DNA from: Bacteroidota bacterium
GTDB lineage: Bacteria; Bacteroidota; Bacteroidia; UKL13-3
Direction: 5' to 3'
Assembly (NCBI GenBank): GCA_051715425.1
Contig: JBPXJS010000042.1
Coordinates: 17,805 to 81,804, forward strand
DNA length: 64,000 bases
Of this stretch, positions 49,922-60,589 are shown in pieces. Numbering within the stretch: position 1 is the stretch's first letter; each line of letters opens with the position of its first letter. Below the pieces are notes generated by a model that did no database searches, was not told the DNA's origin, and saw only the letters and a program-made list of their open reading frames with translations. The position numbers were made by a program, and so were the translations under genes.

Positions 49922-51367
49922 TTAGCGTTGCCCGCACTTTACCAAAACCAGTTCGCCAGATTGTGCCACAACCACCGAATCCGGAACCTCACCCTTAAAG
50001 GCGATAAACCAACTGATTTGGTTATTGCAGGGCAAAAGAACGGAAGAAAAATGGAGGGCATGATGAAGTCTGGTGTTTTTATATAGGCATATTCCTATAG
50101 CACGGTTCCATGCAGCAGTGGTGGCGGCAATGTTACTTCCGGCCTTTATGTGATCTGAAAGGGTATATACATCTTTACCCGTATGTATTGATTGGATGCG
50201 CTGCGCCATAAACTGCACCATGGAGAAAAGCGAAATACAAATGATTAAAACAGTGTTCCATTTGTTTTGCCTGAGTACAGAGAAAATAATTCCAATAACC
50301 ACGAGTAAAGGAAATATCAGGTATCTCTTCTCTGTAAGTATCACAAAATAGCCCAGGGTAAACAGGAGGGTTATAATATATAAAGGAAACAGCATATCGT
50401 TTTTCTTTATCTGTTTTAAATACAACAGAGAAATAAACCATCCTGTAAGGAGAAGAAGGGGCGTTTTCCCCAGATGTTTGAGCAAGTTGTTTTTCAGGTA
50501 AAAACCAATATCCTCAAAGGAATAATAGGGCCTCCATTGTTTAATATGAAAGAGTGAAGGATCATCCCATTCACTGAATAAATGAAGTGGACTAAGAGAA
50601 GCACAGTCTTCAGGAATCAGCATGGGATAATTGGTGTAATCCGGGCCTGAAAGAAAGAAGTTAAATGAAGCCGCGTCACTAAACATAAATTGTTGGTATT
50701 TTGTAAAAATAATACCACACCAGGCCAAAGCAGCACCAACAATGATTAAACCGGCAGTACCGTATTTTTTCCAATGGTTGCGGTTCAGCACAACCATGAT
50801 GATCAGGCTTATGATCACCACGTATAAGTTATACGATTTGGAAAAAATGGCCATAACACCTGCTAAGCCCGTTTGAAGAGATTTACCCGGTTGCAATAAG
50901 TAATAAATAAAGGCAATACAGATACAGGTGCTTAATACATCAGGTGTGCTAAAGGCCAGTCCATATTGGAGCAGAACAGATGCCGAAAAGAGTAAATAAC
51001 CTAAAAGACGGGGAGGAGAATGTATAATCAGGCTAAAGAGCTTGTTTAACAGGATAAGGATGATGGCTCCGCTAATGAAATTAATCAGTTTGCATCCAAT
51101 CAAAACAGGAATACCGGTTGCAATAATCGGAACAAGCAACCAGGAATACAATGGCGACCAATACGAGTTAATGGCTTGTTCAAAATCACCGGAAATCCAT
51201 GACCAAGCAATTCCGGCATAACTTACCGTATCCGGATTAAACTGGTATTGATAGAATGGTAAAAAACAAATTGCACCTGTAAAGAAAAAGCTTAATGCAG
51301 TTACTAAAGGTTGTTTAGTTAAAACCGCAATAATATTAAGCAAGGGTTTCTGTAAACTCAACGCCAA
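49922..51367 (-). CDS. Polytopic membrane protein, paralog A (GT-C/ArnT-PMT-like topology, unverified)
   Basis: 481 aa, more than 10 TM segments. It shares the motifs F.NPD.V.Y, YWSPL.SWLL.P, K.IN.I and STPDV with the protein at 52706-54202. Confidence 0.5.
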   Translation of the reverse strand: MALSLQKPLLNIIAVLTKQPLVTALSFFFTGAICFLPFYQYQFNPDTVSYAGIAWSWISGDFEQAINSYWSPLYSWLLVPIIATGIPVLIGCKLINFISGAIILILLNKLFSLIIHSPPRLLGYLLFSASVLLQYGLAFSTPDVLSTCICIAFIYYLLQPGKSLQTGLAGVMAIFSKSYNLYVVIISLIIMVVLNRNHWKKYGTAGLIIVGAALAWCGIIFTKYQQFMFSDAASFNFFLSGPDYTNYPMLIPEDCASLSPLHLFSEWDDPSLFHIKQWRPYYSFEDIGFYLKNNLLKHLGKTPLLLLTGWFISLLYLKQIKKNDMLFPLYIITLLFTLGYFVILTEKRYLIFPLLVVIGIIFSVLRQNKWNTVLIICISLFSMVQFMAQRIQSIHTGKDVYTLSDHIKAGSNIAATTAAWNRAIGICLYKNTRLHHALHFSSVLLPCNNQISWFIAFKGEVPDSVVVAQSGELVLVKCGQR

Positions 51368-52715
51368 ATTGTTTAAGTTCCTCTAAAATGGGCTCATAAA
51401 ATTCGGCATGAACAGGCATTACCACACCGGTGCTTTTTATTTTCCCGCTTAGAATCAGTTTGGCTGCAATTCCCATTGGCAGTCCAACTGTTTTGGCCAT
51501 GGCCGTATGTATTTCATCTTCTCCCTTCACCACAAGGGAGCTTTGCAGGATATGGTTTTCGTTTTTTATAGCGTACTTCAATTCGTGGTGCATCACAATC
51601 ATATCCAATTCTCCTTTGTGCAGCTTCCATTTTTGCTGAAGCAACCATTGCAGGATCTGAGCTGGAGTTCCCTCGTTCAGCTTTATTTTTTCTTCTTCAA
51701 ATAAACCCAGCCATTGCAGTTTTTTAAACTCTTGCGAAGTGCTGTCTATTTCTAAAAAGCGACACACCCGTGTTTCCAGATTGTCTAACCCGGTTTCGGG
51801 CACAAATGCACTCACAAAATCCTTGTAGGTAAGTTTTGAGGCATTTTCAATCACAAAGGTATCATCTGTAAGCCCCATTTTTACAAGCATATTCCAGGCT
51901 TTGCTGTAGCCTTTTCGTCTCAGTGTTCCTCTCAGTACGGTATGCGCACTTTCTATTCCGTAAGGTTTTATATAACCCAAAGAGTCGCGGTTGGCATAAC
52001 TTTCAAAGTCGCCATAACCAGCTACCTGTATAGGTTCTGTTTGCGTAAAAATTCTTGATGCGGGAATAAACTTAAGTTCTTTTTGCTCCAGGTATTTCGC
52101 AGTTGCCTGTCCGGCCAGTACTACGTTACGGGGATTCCAGGTAAACTTATAATTCCAGGGATTATCATCAAACTCTGGCGCTACCAACCCTCCACAAAAA
52201 GATTTAAATGATTGAATGGTGCCTCCATGATGTTGTATGCGGTGAATGAGTTGCATAGCCGATAAGTGATCAATTCCGGGATCAAGGCCGCATTCATTCA
52301 GTAAAATGATATTTGCTTTCAATGCTTCCACATGGAGGTGGTGCATTTCTGGCGAGATATAAGATGCAGTGATGAGGTGTTTTTTGTTTTTTATACAGGT
52401 TTTAGCAACACCAATATGCATGGAAGGCGGTAACAGAGAAATAACCAAATCATGCGCGGCAATTACCTCATCCAGTTCAAAGGAATCGTTTACATCCAGT
52501 GAAATAGCTGTGGCATGGTTCTTTCCTTTTATTTTTGTTTCTGCCAATTGTTTGTCGGAATCGGCAATGGTAATTTGCCAGTTGTTTTTTCCGGCTTCAT
52601 CACATACATATTTTATCAGGTACGAAGAAGATAATCCTGCTCCTATAACAAGTATTTTTTTTACTATCATATTTCTGGTCTTGCAATCCTGACCTCCCTG
52701 TTGGTTCACTGCCAT
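51336..52715 (-). CDS. Saccharopine-dehydrogenase-family NAD(P) oxidoreductase
   Basis: Rossmann GxGxxS motif (ILVIGAGLSSSY) and the ECGLDPGIDH motif of the saccharopine dehydrogenase / homospermidine synthase / carboxynorspermidine dehydrogenase family. The probable start is at the internal Met around 52670. Confidence 0.7.
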   Translation of the reverse strand: MAVNQQGGQDCKTRNMIVKKILVIGAGLSSSYLIKYVCDEAGKNNWQITIADSDKQLAETKIKGKNHATAISLDVNDSFELDEVIAAHDLVISLLPPSMHIGVAKTCIKNKKHLITASYISPEMHHLHVEALKANIILLNECGLDPGIDHLSAMQLIHRIQHHGGTIQSFKSFCGGLVAPEFDDNPWNYKFTWNPRNVVLAGQATAKYLEQKELKFIPASRIFTQTEPIQVAGYGDFESYANRDSLGYIKPYGIESAHTVLRGTLRRKGYSKAWNMLVKMGLTDDTFVIENASKLTYKDFVSAFVPETGLDNLETRVCRFLEIDSTSQEFKKLQWLGLFEEEKIKLNEGTPAQILQWLLQQKWKLHKGELDMIVMHHELKYAIKNENHILQSSLVVKGEDEIHTAMAKTVGLPMGIAAKLILSGKIKSTGVVMPVHAEFYEPILEELKQFGVEFTETLA

Positions 52716-54202
52716 TTAATCAATACCGTCTCCTTGTTTTCTGCAATAATCCGGTAGGTCTGATCAATGGTGGCCAGCTCTTTTTGCGTGCAAAAGTAGT
52801 ATAATATCTGTCGCTCTTTTAAAACACCTGCATTTTCTTTTAACAAGTCGGGTTTTAGTGAGTCGTAAAATTTAGCCCCGGTAAAAAAAGCAATAGAAAC
52901 CGACTGATTCCAAAGCGAAGGACTGCTTGCGAAGGCTTTATTCTCAAGTGGTTCCGCAGATAAAATATTTTCTGCTGTTGCAAATGTTTCTTCTCCTTTA
53001 TTCGGGTAGTCAATTGTTCTATAAAGCGCAAAAGAACTCAGCAAAACCCCAAGAAAAACAGTATAAACCGTTTTACCTGCTCCGGCTGCCAGATAAAAGA
53101 GAAAGGTAATAGCAAGTATTTCACTGGCAATAAGATAACGGTATTCTGAAACAATGAGCATATAAAGTGCCGGATAAAGGAAGGCCGATAATAATTGAAA
53201 GGATGCGGGCCTCCATTTTTCAATTAGCCTGGAACGCAGCATTACCCATATCACCATAAATAAAAACAGCAGGTGGGCAAAAAATTGAAGGGTATGCCAG
53301 ATATTTTTGGGTACATGAAAACCAATATAGGTTTTAAAACTGCTGAAGTCATCAAAGGGTGTCCATTTGCTTACCGGGTAGGTTAATGGATTTTCAATGG
53401 AAGCGTAAGTAAAGGTGTGATAAGGCAGGTTTAAAAGGTGGTTACCTTCTTGTCCGGGTTGTGGCATATGCGCCTGCCGGAGCATCGACATATTAAATGT
53501 ACCCGCTGTGCTAAAGGTAAATTTCTGGTTGTTTTGCAGGTTCAGATAAGCCCAGGGCAGGCATAAAACAATAAACAGCAGGTATGAGCCGGCCAGAGCG
53601 GTTATTTTTGGTTTTATATCTTTTTGTTTAAGTAAAAGAAGAAAGGTTAGCAGGTACAATATAGAACACCCTGCAAGGTTATAATGTTTGGCATAAAATG
53701 CGATTGCGCTTATTATTCCTGCAAGTATCGAAATGGTTTTACTTTCAGGCTCAGCCATCAGTTGTTGCAAAAGAAGTAGTACCTGAATCATTATCGCAGC
53801 CGATACCACGTCAGGAGTGCTGGAACAGATTCCATGCATCATTGCGGTGATGTACACGGTTTGGGAGATCACAAATGGTAAAAGGGTACCCGACCGTAGT
53901 GCCGGAAAAATGCGTAAACACTTTGAAGCTGCAAAAAGGGCTGCTATATGGTTAATGATTTTGAAAGCAGTTATTGCCGGAACACCTATGATTAAGAAAG
54001 GTGCAAGCAGCCACGATATCAGTGGTGACCAGTAGCCGCTGAATGCAGCCTGAAAATTTCCGGAAGCATATTTTTCAGCAATGGCTATATATGCCACAGC
54101 ATCAGGATTTAGCTGGTGTTTAAAAAACGGGAATAAACACGCAAACAATCCTGTGCTGCTAAGCAGGAGCAGCCAAAACGGAAGGCCTTTTATTTTTAAC
54201 AT
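52706..54202 (-). CDS. Polytopic membrane protein, paralog B
   Basis: 498 aa, co-linear motif matches to paralog A, and more than 10 TM segments. Confidence 0.5.
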   Translation of the reverse strand: MLKIKGLPFWLLLLSSTGLFACLFPFFKHQLNPDAVAYIAIAEKYASGNFQAAFSGYWSPLISWLLAPFLIIGVPAITAFKIINHIAALFAASKCLRIFPALRSGTLLPFVISQTVYITAMMHGICSSTPDVVSAAIMIQVLLLLQQLMAEPESKTISILAGIISAIAFYAKHYNLAGCSILYLLTFLLLLKQKDIKPKITALAGSYLLFIVLCLPWAYLNLQNNQKFTFSTAGTFNMSMLRQAHMPQPGQEGNHLLNLPYHTFTYASIENPLTYPVSKWTPFDDFSSFKTYIGFHVPKNIWHTLQFFAHLLFLFMVIWVMLRSRLIEKWRPASFQLLSAFLYPALYMLIVSEYRYLIASEILAITFLFYLAAGAGKTVYTVFLGVLLSSFALYRTIDYPNKGEETFATAENILSAEPLENKAFASSPSLWNQSVSIAFFTGAKFYDSLKPDLLKENAGVLKERQILYYFCTQKELATIDQTYRIIAENKETVLIKWQ

Positions 54203-54265
54203 GGATGTTACGTGCAGGTAATTGAGTTTTGCAAAATAATTCTTATACTCGACTAATAATATATT

Positions 54266-54760
54266 TTGAGGATGGAAGAGATCAGAAAAGAGTCGGTTGT
54301 GAAAAAATATGACAGCTACACAGAGTTGGAGGAAGGGGATATGGCATTGCTAAAACTGGCCAAAGAAGCAGTTCATTCATCATATGCCCCATATTCAAAG
54401 TTTCATGTGGGCTGTGCGTTAAGACTTAAAAACGGAAAAATTATTAAGGGCAGCAATCAGGAAAATATCGCCTATCCCAGCGGATTGTGTGCAGAACGTG
54501 TGGCTATTTTTCATGCCGGATCAGAATATCCGGATGAGCCGGTAATGGCAATGGCAATAACTGTAAAGGCAGATGATTACGAAGTGAAAGAGCCCATCAC
54601 GAGTTGCGGGGCATGCCTCCAGAGCATGAGTGAGTATGAGTTAAAATTCAACCAGCCTATACGTGTAATTTTGCAGGGTGAAACAGGAGCTGTATGGATT
54701 GCCGAGGGATTACGCACATTTATGCCTTTTATGTTTTGGGTTGACGAATTAAGAAAATAA
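54266..54760 (+). CDS. cdd: Cytidine deaminase
   Basis: Zinc ligands in the CAERVAIF (C/H-A-E) and CGACLQ (PCxxC-type) motifs, with the flanking sequence [14 protein letters not shown]. Confidence 0.75.
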   Translation: MRMEEIRKESVVKKYDSYTELEEGDMALLKLAKEAVHSSYAPYSKFHVGCALRLKNGKIIKGSNQENIAYPSGLCAERVAIFHAGSEYPDEPVMAMAITVKADDYEVKEPITSCGACLQSMSEYELKFNQPIRVILQGETGAVWIAEGLRTFMPFMFWVDELRK

Positions 54761-54761
54761 C

Positions 54762-56351
54762 ATGTTAATAGAAGCAAACCTCATTGATATTGAGGGCAGG
54801 CAAATATATGGGGCTGAAATAACGGTAACTGAAGGCATTATTACATCCATTGAAAAAACGGGAAAAACCTATAAGCAATATATTCTTCCTGGTTTTATAG
54901 ATGCACATGTACATATTGAAAGTTCCTTGCTGGTGCCTTCAGAGTTTGCCAGAATGGCTGTATTGCACGGAACCGTGGCAACTGTGAGCGATCCTCATGA
55001 AATAGCCAATGTGAATGGGTTGGAGGGAGTTGATTATATGATTGCAAATGGAAACCAAACACCTTTCAGGTTTTTCTTCGGTGCCCCAAGTTGTGTTCCC
55101 GCTACAATATTTGAAACCGCTGGTGCCATATTGGATAGTAATGATGTTGACAGGCTTCTTAAGCGCAGTGATATCTGGTATTTGTCGGAAATGATGAATT
55201 TTCCGGGAGTGCTTTTTAACGATGAAGAAGTGTTGAAAAAGATAAAGTCGGCTCATCATTACGGCAAACCAGTTGACGGCCATGCACCCGGATTAAGGGG
55301 AGATGATATCCGAAAATATATCGCTGCCGGTATCAGCACCGATCATGAGTGTTATATGATTGATGAGGCAAAGGAGAAACTTTCTTTAGGCATGAAAGTG
55401 CTTATCCGCGAAGGAAGCGCAGCACGAAATTTTGATGAACTTATTCCATTATTGGAAAAACATGCTGAACACCTGATGTTTTGCAGTGATGATAAACATC
55501 CCGATTCACTTATCGCAGGACATATCAATCAACTGGTGCAAAGAGCCCTTCAGAAAGGAAATGATTTGTTTAAGGTGTTGCAGGTGGCCTGTATCAATCC
55601 GGTTAAACACTACAAATTACCTGTAGGATTATTAAACATTGGTGATCCTGCAGATTTTATTATTACCTCAGATATTTCCGGTTTTCAAATTGATCAAACT
55701 TATATTAAAGGCAAGCTGGTTGCTGATAAGGGGAAATCCCTGATTCCTGCAACAGAAGTTAAACTGATTAACCAGTTTAACTGTTCGGAAAAAAGCCCCG
55801 GTGATTTTGCATATCAACCAAAAGAAAATGAATGGGTAATCGAATGTCTGGATGGTCAGTTGATAACAAATAAACTTTCTGTTACCGGAAAACACTGCAA
55901 GCCGGAAAACGATATATTGAAAATAGCCGTGGTAAACAGATATATGGATGCACCCGTTGCCGTGTCGTTTATTAAAAATTTTGGGTTAAAGGAAGGTGCC
56001 ATTGCCGGTTCGGTTGCGCACGACAGCCATAATATTGTTGCCGTTGGTGTTGATGATGAAAGTTTATGCAGGGCGGTTAATCATATCATTGCAAACAAAG
56101 GGGGCTTATGCGTAGTTAACAAAGAAGCTGATGAAATATTGCCGCTACCGGTTGGTGGATTAATGAGCAACCTAGATGCATGGGAAGTGGAGCGTAAATA
56201 CACCAGACTGGATGCCATGGCTAAGCAAATGGGCTCATCCCTAAGGGCTCCTTTTATGAGTTTATCCTTTATGGCTTTGCTGGTTATTCCACATCTGAAG
56301 TTAAGTGATAAGGGGCTGTTTGATGGCGACAGTTTTTCCTTTGTTTACTGA
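54762..56351 (+). CDS. ade: Adenine deaminase
   Basis: [14 protein letters not shown] metal-binding start of the amidohydrolase fold and a 529-aa length typical of Ade. Its start is 2 nt after the cdd stop. Confidence 0.75.
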   Translation: MLIEANLIDIEGRQIYGAEITVTEGIITSIEKTGKTYKQYILPGFIDAHVHIESSLLVPSEFARMAVLHGTVATVSDPHEIANVNGLEGVDYMIANGNQTPFRFFFGAPSCVPATIFETAGAILDSNDVDRLLKRSDIWYLSEMMNFPGVLFNDEEVLKKIKSAHHYGKPVDGHAPGLRGDDIRKYIAAGISTDHECYMIDEAKEKLSLGMKVLIREGSAARNFDELIPLLEKHAEHLMFCSDDKHPDSLIAGHINQLVQRALQKGNDLFKVLQVACINPVKHYKLPVGLLNIGDPADFIITSDISGFQIDQTYIKGKLVADKGKSLIPATEVKLINQFNCSEKSPGDFAYQPKENEWVIECLDGQLITNKLSVTGKHCKPENDILKIAVVNRYMDAPVAVSFIKNFGLKEGAIAGSVAHDSHNIVAVGVDDESLCRAVNHIIANKGGLCVVNKEADEILPLPVGGLMSNLDAWEVERKYTRLDAMAKQMGSSLRAPFMSLSFMALLVIPHLKLSDKGLFDGDSFSFVY

Positions 56352-57733
56352 TAGCAGGTACAAAGTATTTTTTTCACAGGTATGCTGTCCCGGTAATCAG
56401 GTAGGGTCATTTCCAGCATGTAAATTAACTCGAGCTTATTTATTTTTCTTTCCGGGTATTGGGTATTCCATTCCTTCAGTTTAAACCTGCAATAGTTATC
56501 TCTAAGCCAGTAGTAATGGTTGCTCACCAAATGCTCACCCAGTTTTCTCCAGCGGTCGGAGCTTATTTCACTCACAATTTGTTGTGGTTTTTGGAAAGAA
56601 ACCGGATGTCCGTTCCGGTAAATATCTATAACGGAGGAGTCTTTTGAATATCCTGCCAGAATAAACCAGCCATCTTCCTTATACACACGCGGGGCAAATA
56701 CCCCCCAGTTTTGATCAAGTCTTAGCCAATGTCCCGGTGTTGCAACCAAAGGTTTCATCTTATAAGGAAAAACAGGGGCGTTCCCCATATTCCAGGCAAT
56801 AATATAAACTGAAAGGAAGGCTATGGCAAACTTCTTTATCAATGGCTCTTCCTGTGGCGGTTCCTGTTCATCAATATGGCGTTTCGAAAACCAATCCATA
56901 GCCGGTGATGGAAGTAATGAAAGCAGCATGGTTATTCCTATAAAAGAAAATAATCCCACAAATAGGGTAATACCTGCAAAGGCATGAAATAATATGAGCA
57001 AAACAATTCCTGTAAGCCTGAACATATTGTTTTTGTATGGGACAAAAAGCAGCAGTGGGGCAATTAATTCTATATAATAAACCAGGTGGGTAAGTACAGG
57101 TAATACATCGTGGAATTGATAGAGCCATTTTCCTGCAGGGAATACGATCTGGTCAAGACTAAGTGCGTAATATAAGGCGGTGCCTTCGGAATGCCATTCA
57201 GGTGATGATTTTTGCAGGGCAGAAAATAAATACACGCATGCAATTTGTATCATCAGCCCTGTTGCTGCTATACTTTTAAAAGTGTATCCGCGGTTTGTAT
57301 TCTTTTTGCCAAACAAGGTGTAAAAATGATCAGTTGGTAAAAAAATTGACCAGAAGAATCCTAAGCGCAATAGGTCATCTCCACCTTGAAGAATCAGCGG
57401 GTTTCTGGTATTGAGGGAACTTAGGAGGAACCAGCATATTACTCCGGAAATTTTTGTTTGTACACCGGCAATAAATAATAAAGAAGCAATAACAAGAGCT
57501 GCGGTTAATAGCTGCTGATAGATAAGAGCCTCGCTAAAATGGTGGATAGAAAAATGAGGAAACGAAGTGCAAAAGGCCTTGTAAAAATGAACAGGAAGAA
57601 AACCCTCGTTTGTATAAAATGCCGATAGATCCGTATACCTGATAGATAAATCCAGAAGAACCAGCGAACCCAAAAGTATTCGCCATATTGCCAGGGCTCT
57701 TTTATCCAGGGTATATGCCAGATCTATTTTCAT
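56345..57733 (-). CDS. HTTM-domain (vitamin-K-carboxylase-like TM domain) membrane protein
   Basis: N-terminus [36 protein letters not shown] typical of the HTTM domain, plus multiple TM segments. Confidence 0.5.
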   Translation of the reverse strand: MKIDLAYTLDKRALAIWRILLGSLVLLDLSIRYTDLSAFYTNEGFLPVHFYKAFCTSFPHFSIHHFSEALIYQQLLTAALVIASLLFIAGVQTKISGVICWFLLSSLNTRNPLILQGGDDLLRLGFFWSIFLPTDHFYTLFGKKNTNRGYTFKSIAATGLMIQIACVYLFSALQKSSPEWHSEGTALYYALSLDQIVFPAGKWLYQFHDVLPVLTHLVYYIELIAPLLLFVPYKNNMFRLTGIVLLILFHAFAGITLFVGLFSFIGITMLLSLLPSPAMDWFSKRHIDEQEPPQEEPLIKKFAIAFLSVYIIAWNMGNAPVFPYKMKPLVATPGHWLRLDQNWGVFAPRVYKEDGWFILAGYSKDSSVIDIYRNGHPVSFQKPQQIVSEISSDRWRKLGEHLVSNHYYWLRDNYCRFKLKEWNTQYPERKINKLELIYMLEMTLPDYRDSIPVKKILCTCYQ

Positions 57734-57739
57734 CTAAAC

Positions 57740-57767
57740 AAAAAAGGCTCCTTAAGGAGCCTTTTTT
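57740..57767. terminator. Perfect hairpin terminator
   Basis: AAAAAAGGCTCC-ttaa-GGAGCCTTTTTT, a 12-bp stem with flanking A/T runs. Confidence 0.65.
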
Positions 57768-57782
57768 AAATATGATTAAGGA

Positions 57783-58304
57783 TTAATTACAGCTGATTTT
57801 AGCTGATCCCAATGTATTTGGTTGTCCGGCTCTTACGAAAGTAAGATTCACACATTCGCAAGTGATTGTATTGTCGGGATTAATAGTAATCTGAGCAGTT
57901 CCTCCATTAGCAATCCATTTTTGTCCCACCTGTGGTTCTGTTGATATTTGCACGGAGTTTCCATCAGAAGGCGCACCAAGTGTTACATTATAGGTTTTGG
58001 TTGTCATTGGAGAACCAAAAAAGTAAAAGGTTACTTTGGCCGGATCCAGAGCAGCGGTGATAGAGTAAAAGCCACCTTGTCCTGCAGAGCAAAACGATAT
58101 CAAACCCGGGAAGTTCAGTTCACCAAAAAGCAACGATTGATCCTGAGCAGGACCAGGGCCGGTACTTGTTGTTGAGGTAGTAGAAGTGGTTGATGTGGTG
58201 GTAGTTGTTGTATTGTTATCATCCGAGTCTTTTTTATCACACGAGGCGAAAAATACGGTGCATGACAGAGCCAGAAATGAAAGTGAGTAAATTAGTTTTT
58301 TCAT
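57783..58304 (-). CDS. Lipoprotein with a Thr/Ser-rich linker
   Basis: Signal MKKLIYSLSFLALSCTVFFASC, then the low-complexity linker NNTTTTTTSTTSTTSTTSTGPGP, then a 110-aa globular domain. Confidence 0.45.
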   Translation of the reverse strand: MKKLIYSLSFLALSCTVFFASCDKKDSDDNNTTTTTTSTTSTTSTTSTGPGPAQDQSLLFGELNFPGLISFCSAGQGGFYSITAALDPAKVTFYFFGSPMTTKTYNVTLGAPSDGNSVQISTEPQVGQKWIANGGTAQITINPDNTITCECVNLTFVRAGQPNTLGSAKISCN

Positions 58305-58426
58305 GAGTTATTGATTTGTTCTTCGATTATATCATTTTAAATTTATAAATAAAAATAATTATTCACGGCCGTTCCGGAACTCTTCAGGCAGGTGCTTGTT
58401 AAAAAAGGCAAAATAGCAGATGCGTA

Positions 58427-59263
58427 CTATGGATTTCTCATAATTTCTGTCACACTCCTTTTTATATTTTGTGCTATTTCATCCATCGGCAGGTCATTTG
58501 AATCATTTCCGAAGGGGTCTTCAATTTCTTCTGCAATCATTTCTATGCTTACCAGTACATATAGCACAAATACGGTTAGCAGAATAATCCAGTACCCAAA
58601 GTCGCTGATAAATCCAAAGGGCATGGTCATGATATAAATAAAAATGAATTTCTTTATAAACAGGCTGTACGAATAAGGAATGGGGGTCTTTTTAATTCTT
58701 TCACAAGCTCCGCAAATATTTGCCAGCTCGCTTATCTCCGTATTGATAATGATGAGTTGATTGCCGCTAATCGTATTGTTTTTATAAAGGTTGTTTACGG
58801 TGTTAAAAATTTCTGATGCTATCAGATTCGGTTTATGGGGTTGGTTATTTTGTTTGGCAACATTCCTGCTGAGGTGATCCCTTAAAGCAACAGCATACTC
58901 TGACAAAAGATGGGATAGTTTATCTCTGCTTTCCATATCCGTTTGGGGAATAAATGCCTGAAGTTTGATGGCCATATTTCTGGAAATGTTTAAGAGATTC
59001 CCCCACATCTTTCTTCCTTCCCACCAGCGGTCGTAAGCAGTATTGGTTCGAAACACAAGCAACAGGGAGATAACAAAACCCAGCAACGAGTGCATGGCCG
59101 TGGTAGATCTAAACTTGAGGTGAAGGATTTCAATTTCAATATATGCAATAAGCCAGGAGTAAAGGGCCATGCTGCACATCAGCCAAAACAGTTTTCTAAA
59201 AGTATCGCTTTTATGAAAACGAAAAATAAGACTAAACCACTCTTTGGGGTTATACTTTATCAT
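58427..59263 (-). CDS. Bestrophin/UPF0187 (YneE-like) family membrane protein
   Basis: LLVFRTNTAYDRWWEGRKMWG, the characteristic RWWEGR motif of bacterial bestrophin homologs. Confidence 0.6.
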   Translation of the reverse strand: MIKYNPKEWFSLIFRFHKSDTFRKLFWLMCSMALYSWLIAYIEIEILHLKFRSTTAMHSLLGFVISLLLVFRTNTAYDRWWEGRKMWGNLLNISRNMAIKLQAFIPQTDMESRDKLSHLLSEYAVALRDHLSRNVAKQNNQPHKPNLIASEIFNTVNNLYKNNTISGNQLIIINTEISELANICGACERIKKTPIPYSYSLFIKKFIFIYIMTMPFGFISDFGYWIILLTVFVLYVLVSIEMIAEEIEDPFGNDSNDLPMDEIAQNIKRSVTEIMRNP

Positions 59264-59952
59264 TTGGAGAAGTAAGTTTTTATCTGGTAAATTAACTGCT
59301 GCTGATCCATTTTTTCAAACGGGTGCGCTGTAAAGGGAATTACCCATAAGGCTGCATTGTTCAGTTTTTTGCTTACCTCCAGCGTTTGTTCAATGCCCGA
59401 TGTTTTATCGCGGTCTCCTACCGCAAGCAATACCTCACAGTTTATTTTGCTATAATCATCATTGGTGAGCATCACGGTAGTAGAGAGTTTTTTCATCATA
59501 TCAGCGGTGGAATCCAATACCTGTTTCCACATATTAAGCCCGTGCTGTACCATTAGGTTATTGGCAAATCCGGGTACCTTCAGCATCATGTTTTCTGCAT
59601 TAAGCATGGCAATTTCTTTTTGCGTGCTGTCTGCATCCCAACTAAATTTTACATTGAGGGTAAATATTTTGTTTACCCTCTCCGGATAACGTTTTGCAAA
59701 ATAGAGTGCTGCATACCCACCCATACTGAATCCGAAAAGATTAAGCTTATCAATGCCGTTGCTGTTGGCATAATTCAAAATGTCATCAGCAAAGGAATTA
59801 AACGAATAACCTGAAGGAGAGGGGAGGCTACCTCCGTGCCCGTTGAAATTTATAGCATCTCCGGTAATCCCTTCAGGAAGCTCACGGATGATGGAGTCAA
59901 ATTGGGCTTTTGAACCCAATGCCCCATGCAGAAAAAGTACTTTTGTAGTCAT
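59260..59952 (-). CDS. Alpha/beta hydrolase (esterase/lipase-like)
   Basis: HGALGS oxyanion region, FGFSMGG nucleophile elbow, and a C-terminal His. Its stop overlaps the upstream gene by 4 nt. Confidence 0.6.
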   Translation of the reverse strand: MTTKVLFLHGALGSKAQFDSIIRELPEGITGDAINFNGHGGSLPSPSGYSFNSFADDILNYANSNGIDKLNLFGFSMGGYAALYFAKRYPERVNKIFTLNVKFSWDADSTQKEIAMLNAENMMLKVPGFANNLMVQHGLNMWKQVLDSTADMMKKLSTTVMLTNDDYSKINCEVLLAVGDRDKTSGIEQTLEVSKKLNNAALWVIPFTAHPFEKMDQQQLIYQIKTYFSK

Positions 59953-59959
59953 TTATATA

Positions 59960-60493
59960 TTACTTGTGTTTTAATGTTGCATTAAACTCATCCGATTTTC
60001 CCTTTGCAATCGACAATGTTTTCCATTGCCCTTTTCGCAACATTTTGGCAAGAAACACAATTTGGCCAACATGATAACTGTAATGGGCAATTTGCCTGTT
60101 GATGGCTTCCATTACGGAATGTGCTTCCCCTCTTATGGTGGTGATATCTCCCAGGTTGCTGCTGGTTAATGGGGTAATGGCATCAAATAAACAGGCCCAA
60201 CCTTTTTCCCACATCTTCATTACCTCTTCTTTTGTCATCATCACATTTTGTTCAAACTCTGTATCGCGGTTTCTCCATGGTTTTTCTCCATCCGAATTCA
60301 AAAAATCGCTCCAGCGGGATTGCATGTTTCCGCTCAGGTGTTTCATGATAAGAAAAATGCTGTTCGACTCCTCATCCGGCTTTGTAAATAGCTCTTCCGC
60401 ACTCAGTTGTTCAATAGCTCCTTCAGCCAGTTGTTTATACTGTTTAAACAAACGCAATGAACTTTGCAGGTGGTCTGTAGATGTTTTTGTCAT
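59960..60493 (-). CDS. DinB/DUF1572-like four-helix-bundle protein
   Basis: 177 aa with the helical His-containing pattern of DinB_2/DUF1572 proteins (HLSGNMQSRW ... HYSYHVGQI). Confidence 0.45.
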   Translation of the reverse strand: MTKTSTDHLQSSLRLFKQYKQLAEGAIEQLSAEELFTKPDEESNSIFLIMKHLSGNMQSRWSDFLNSDGEKPWRNRDTEFEQNVMMTKEEVMKMWEKGWACLFDAITPLTSSNLGDITTIRGEAHSVMEAINRQIAHYSYHVGQIVFLAKMLRKGQWKTLSIAKGKSDEFNATLKHK

Positions 60494-60570
60494 TTTAAAT
60501 TGTTTATGTCAATTGCTCAGCATGTTAAAAAAAATGTGGAAGTATGCTTACACAAATCTAATTTTAATTT

Positions 60571-60578
60571 TATTTTTG
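60571..60578 (+). promoter_or_regulatory. Bacteroidota-type -7 promoter box (TAnnTTTG) upstream of the riboswitch
   Basis: tatttttg matches the consensus and lies 15-20 nt upstream of the first conserved riboswitch helix. Confidence 0.25.
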
Positions 60579-60589
60579 CCTCAGTTAAT

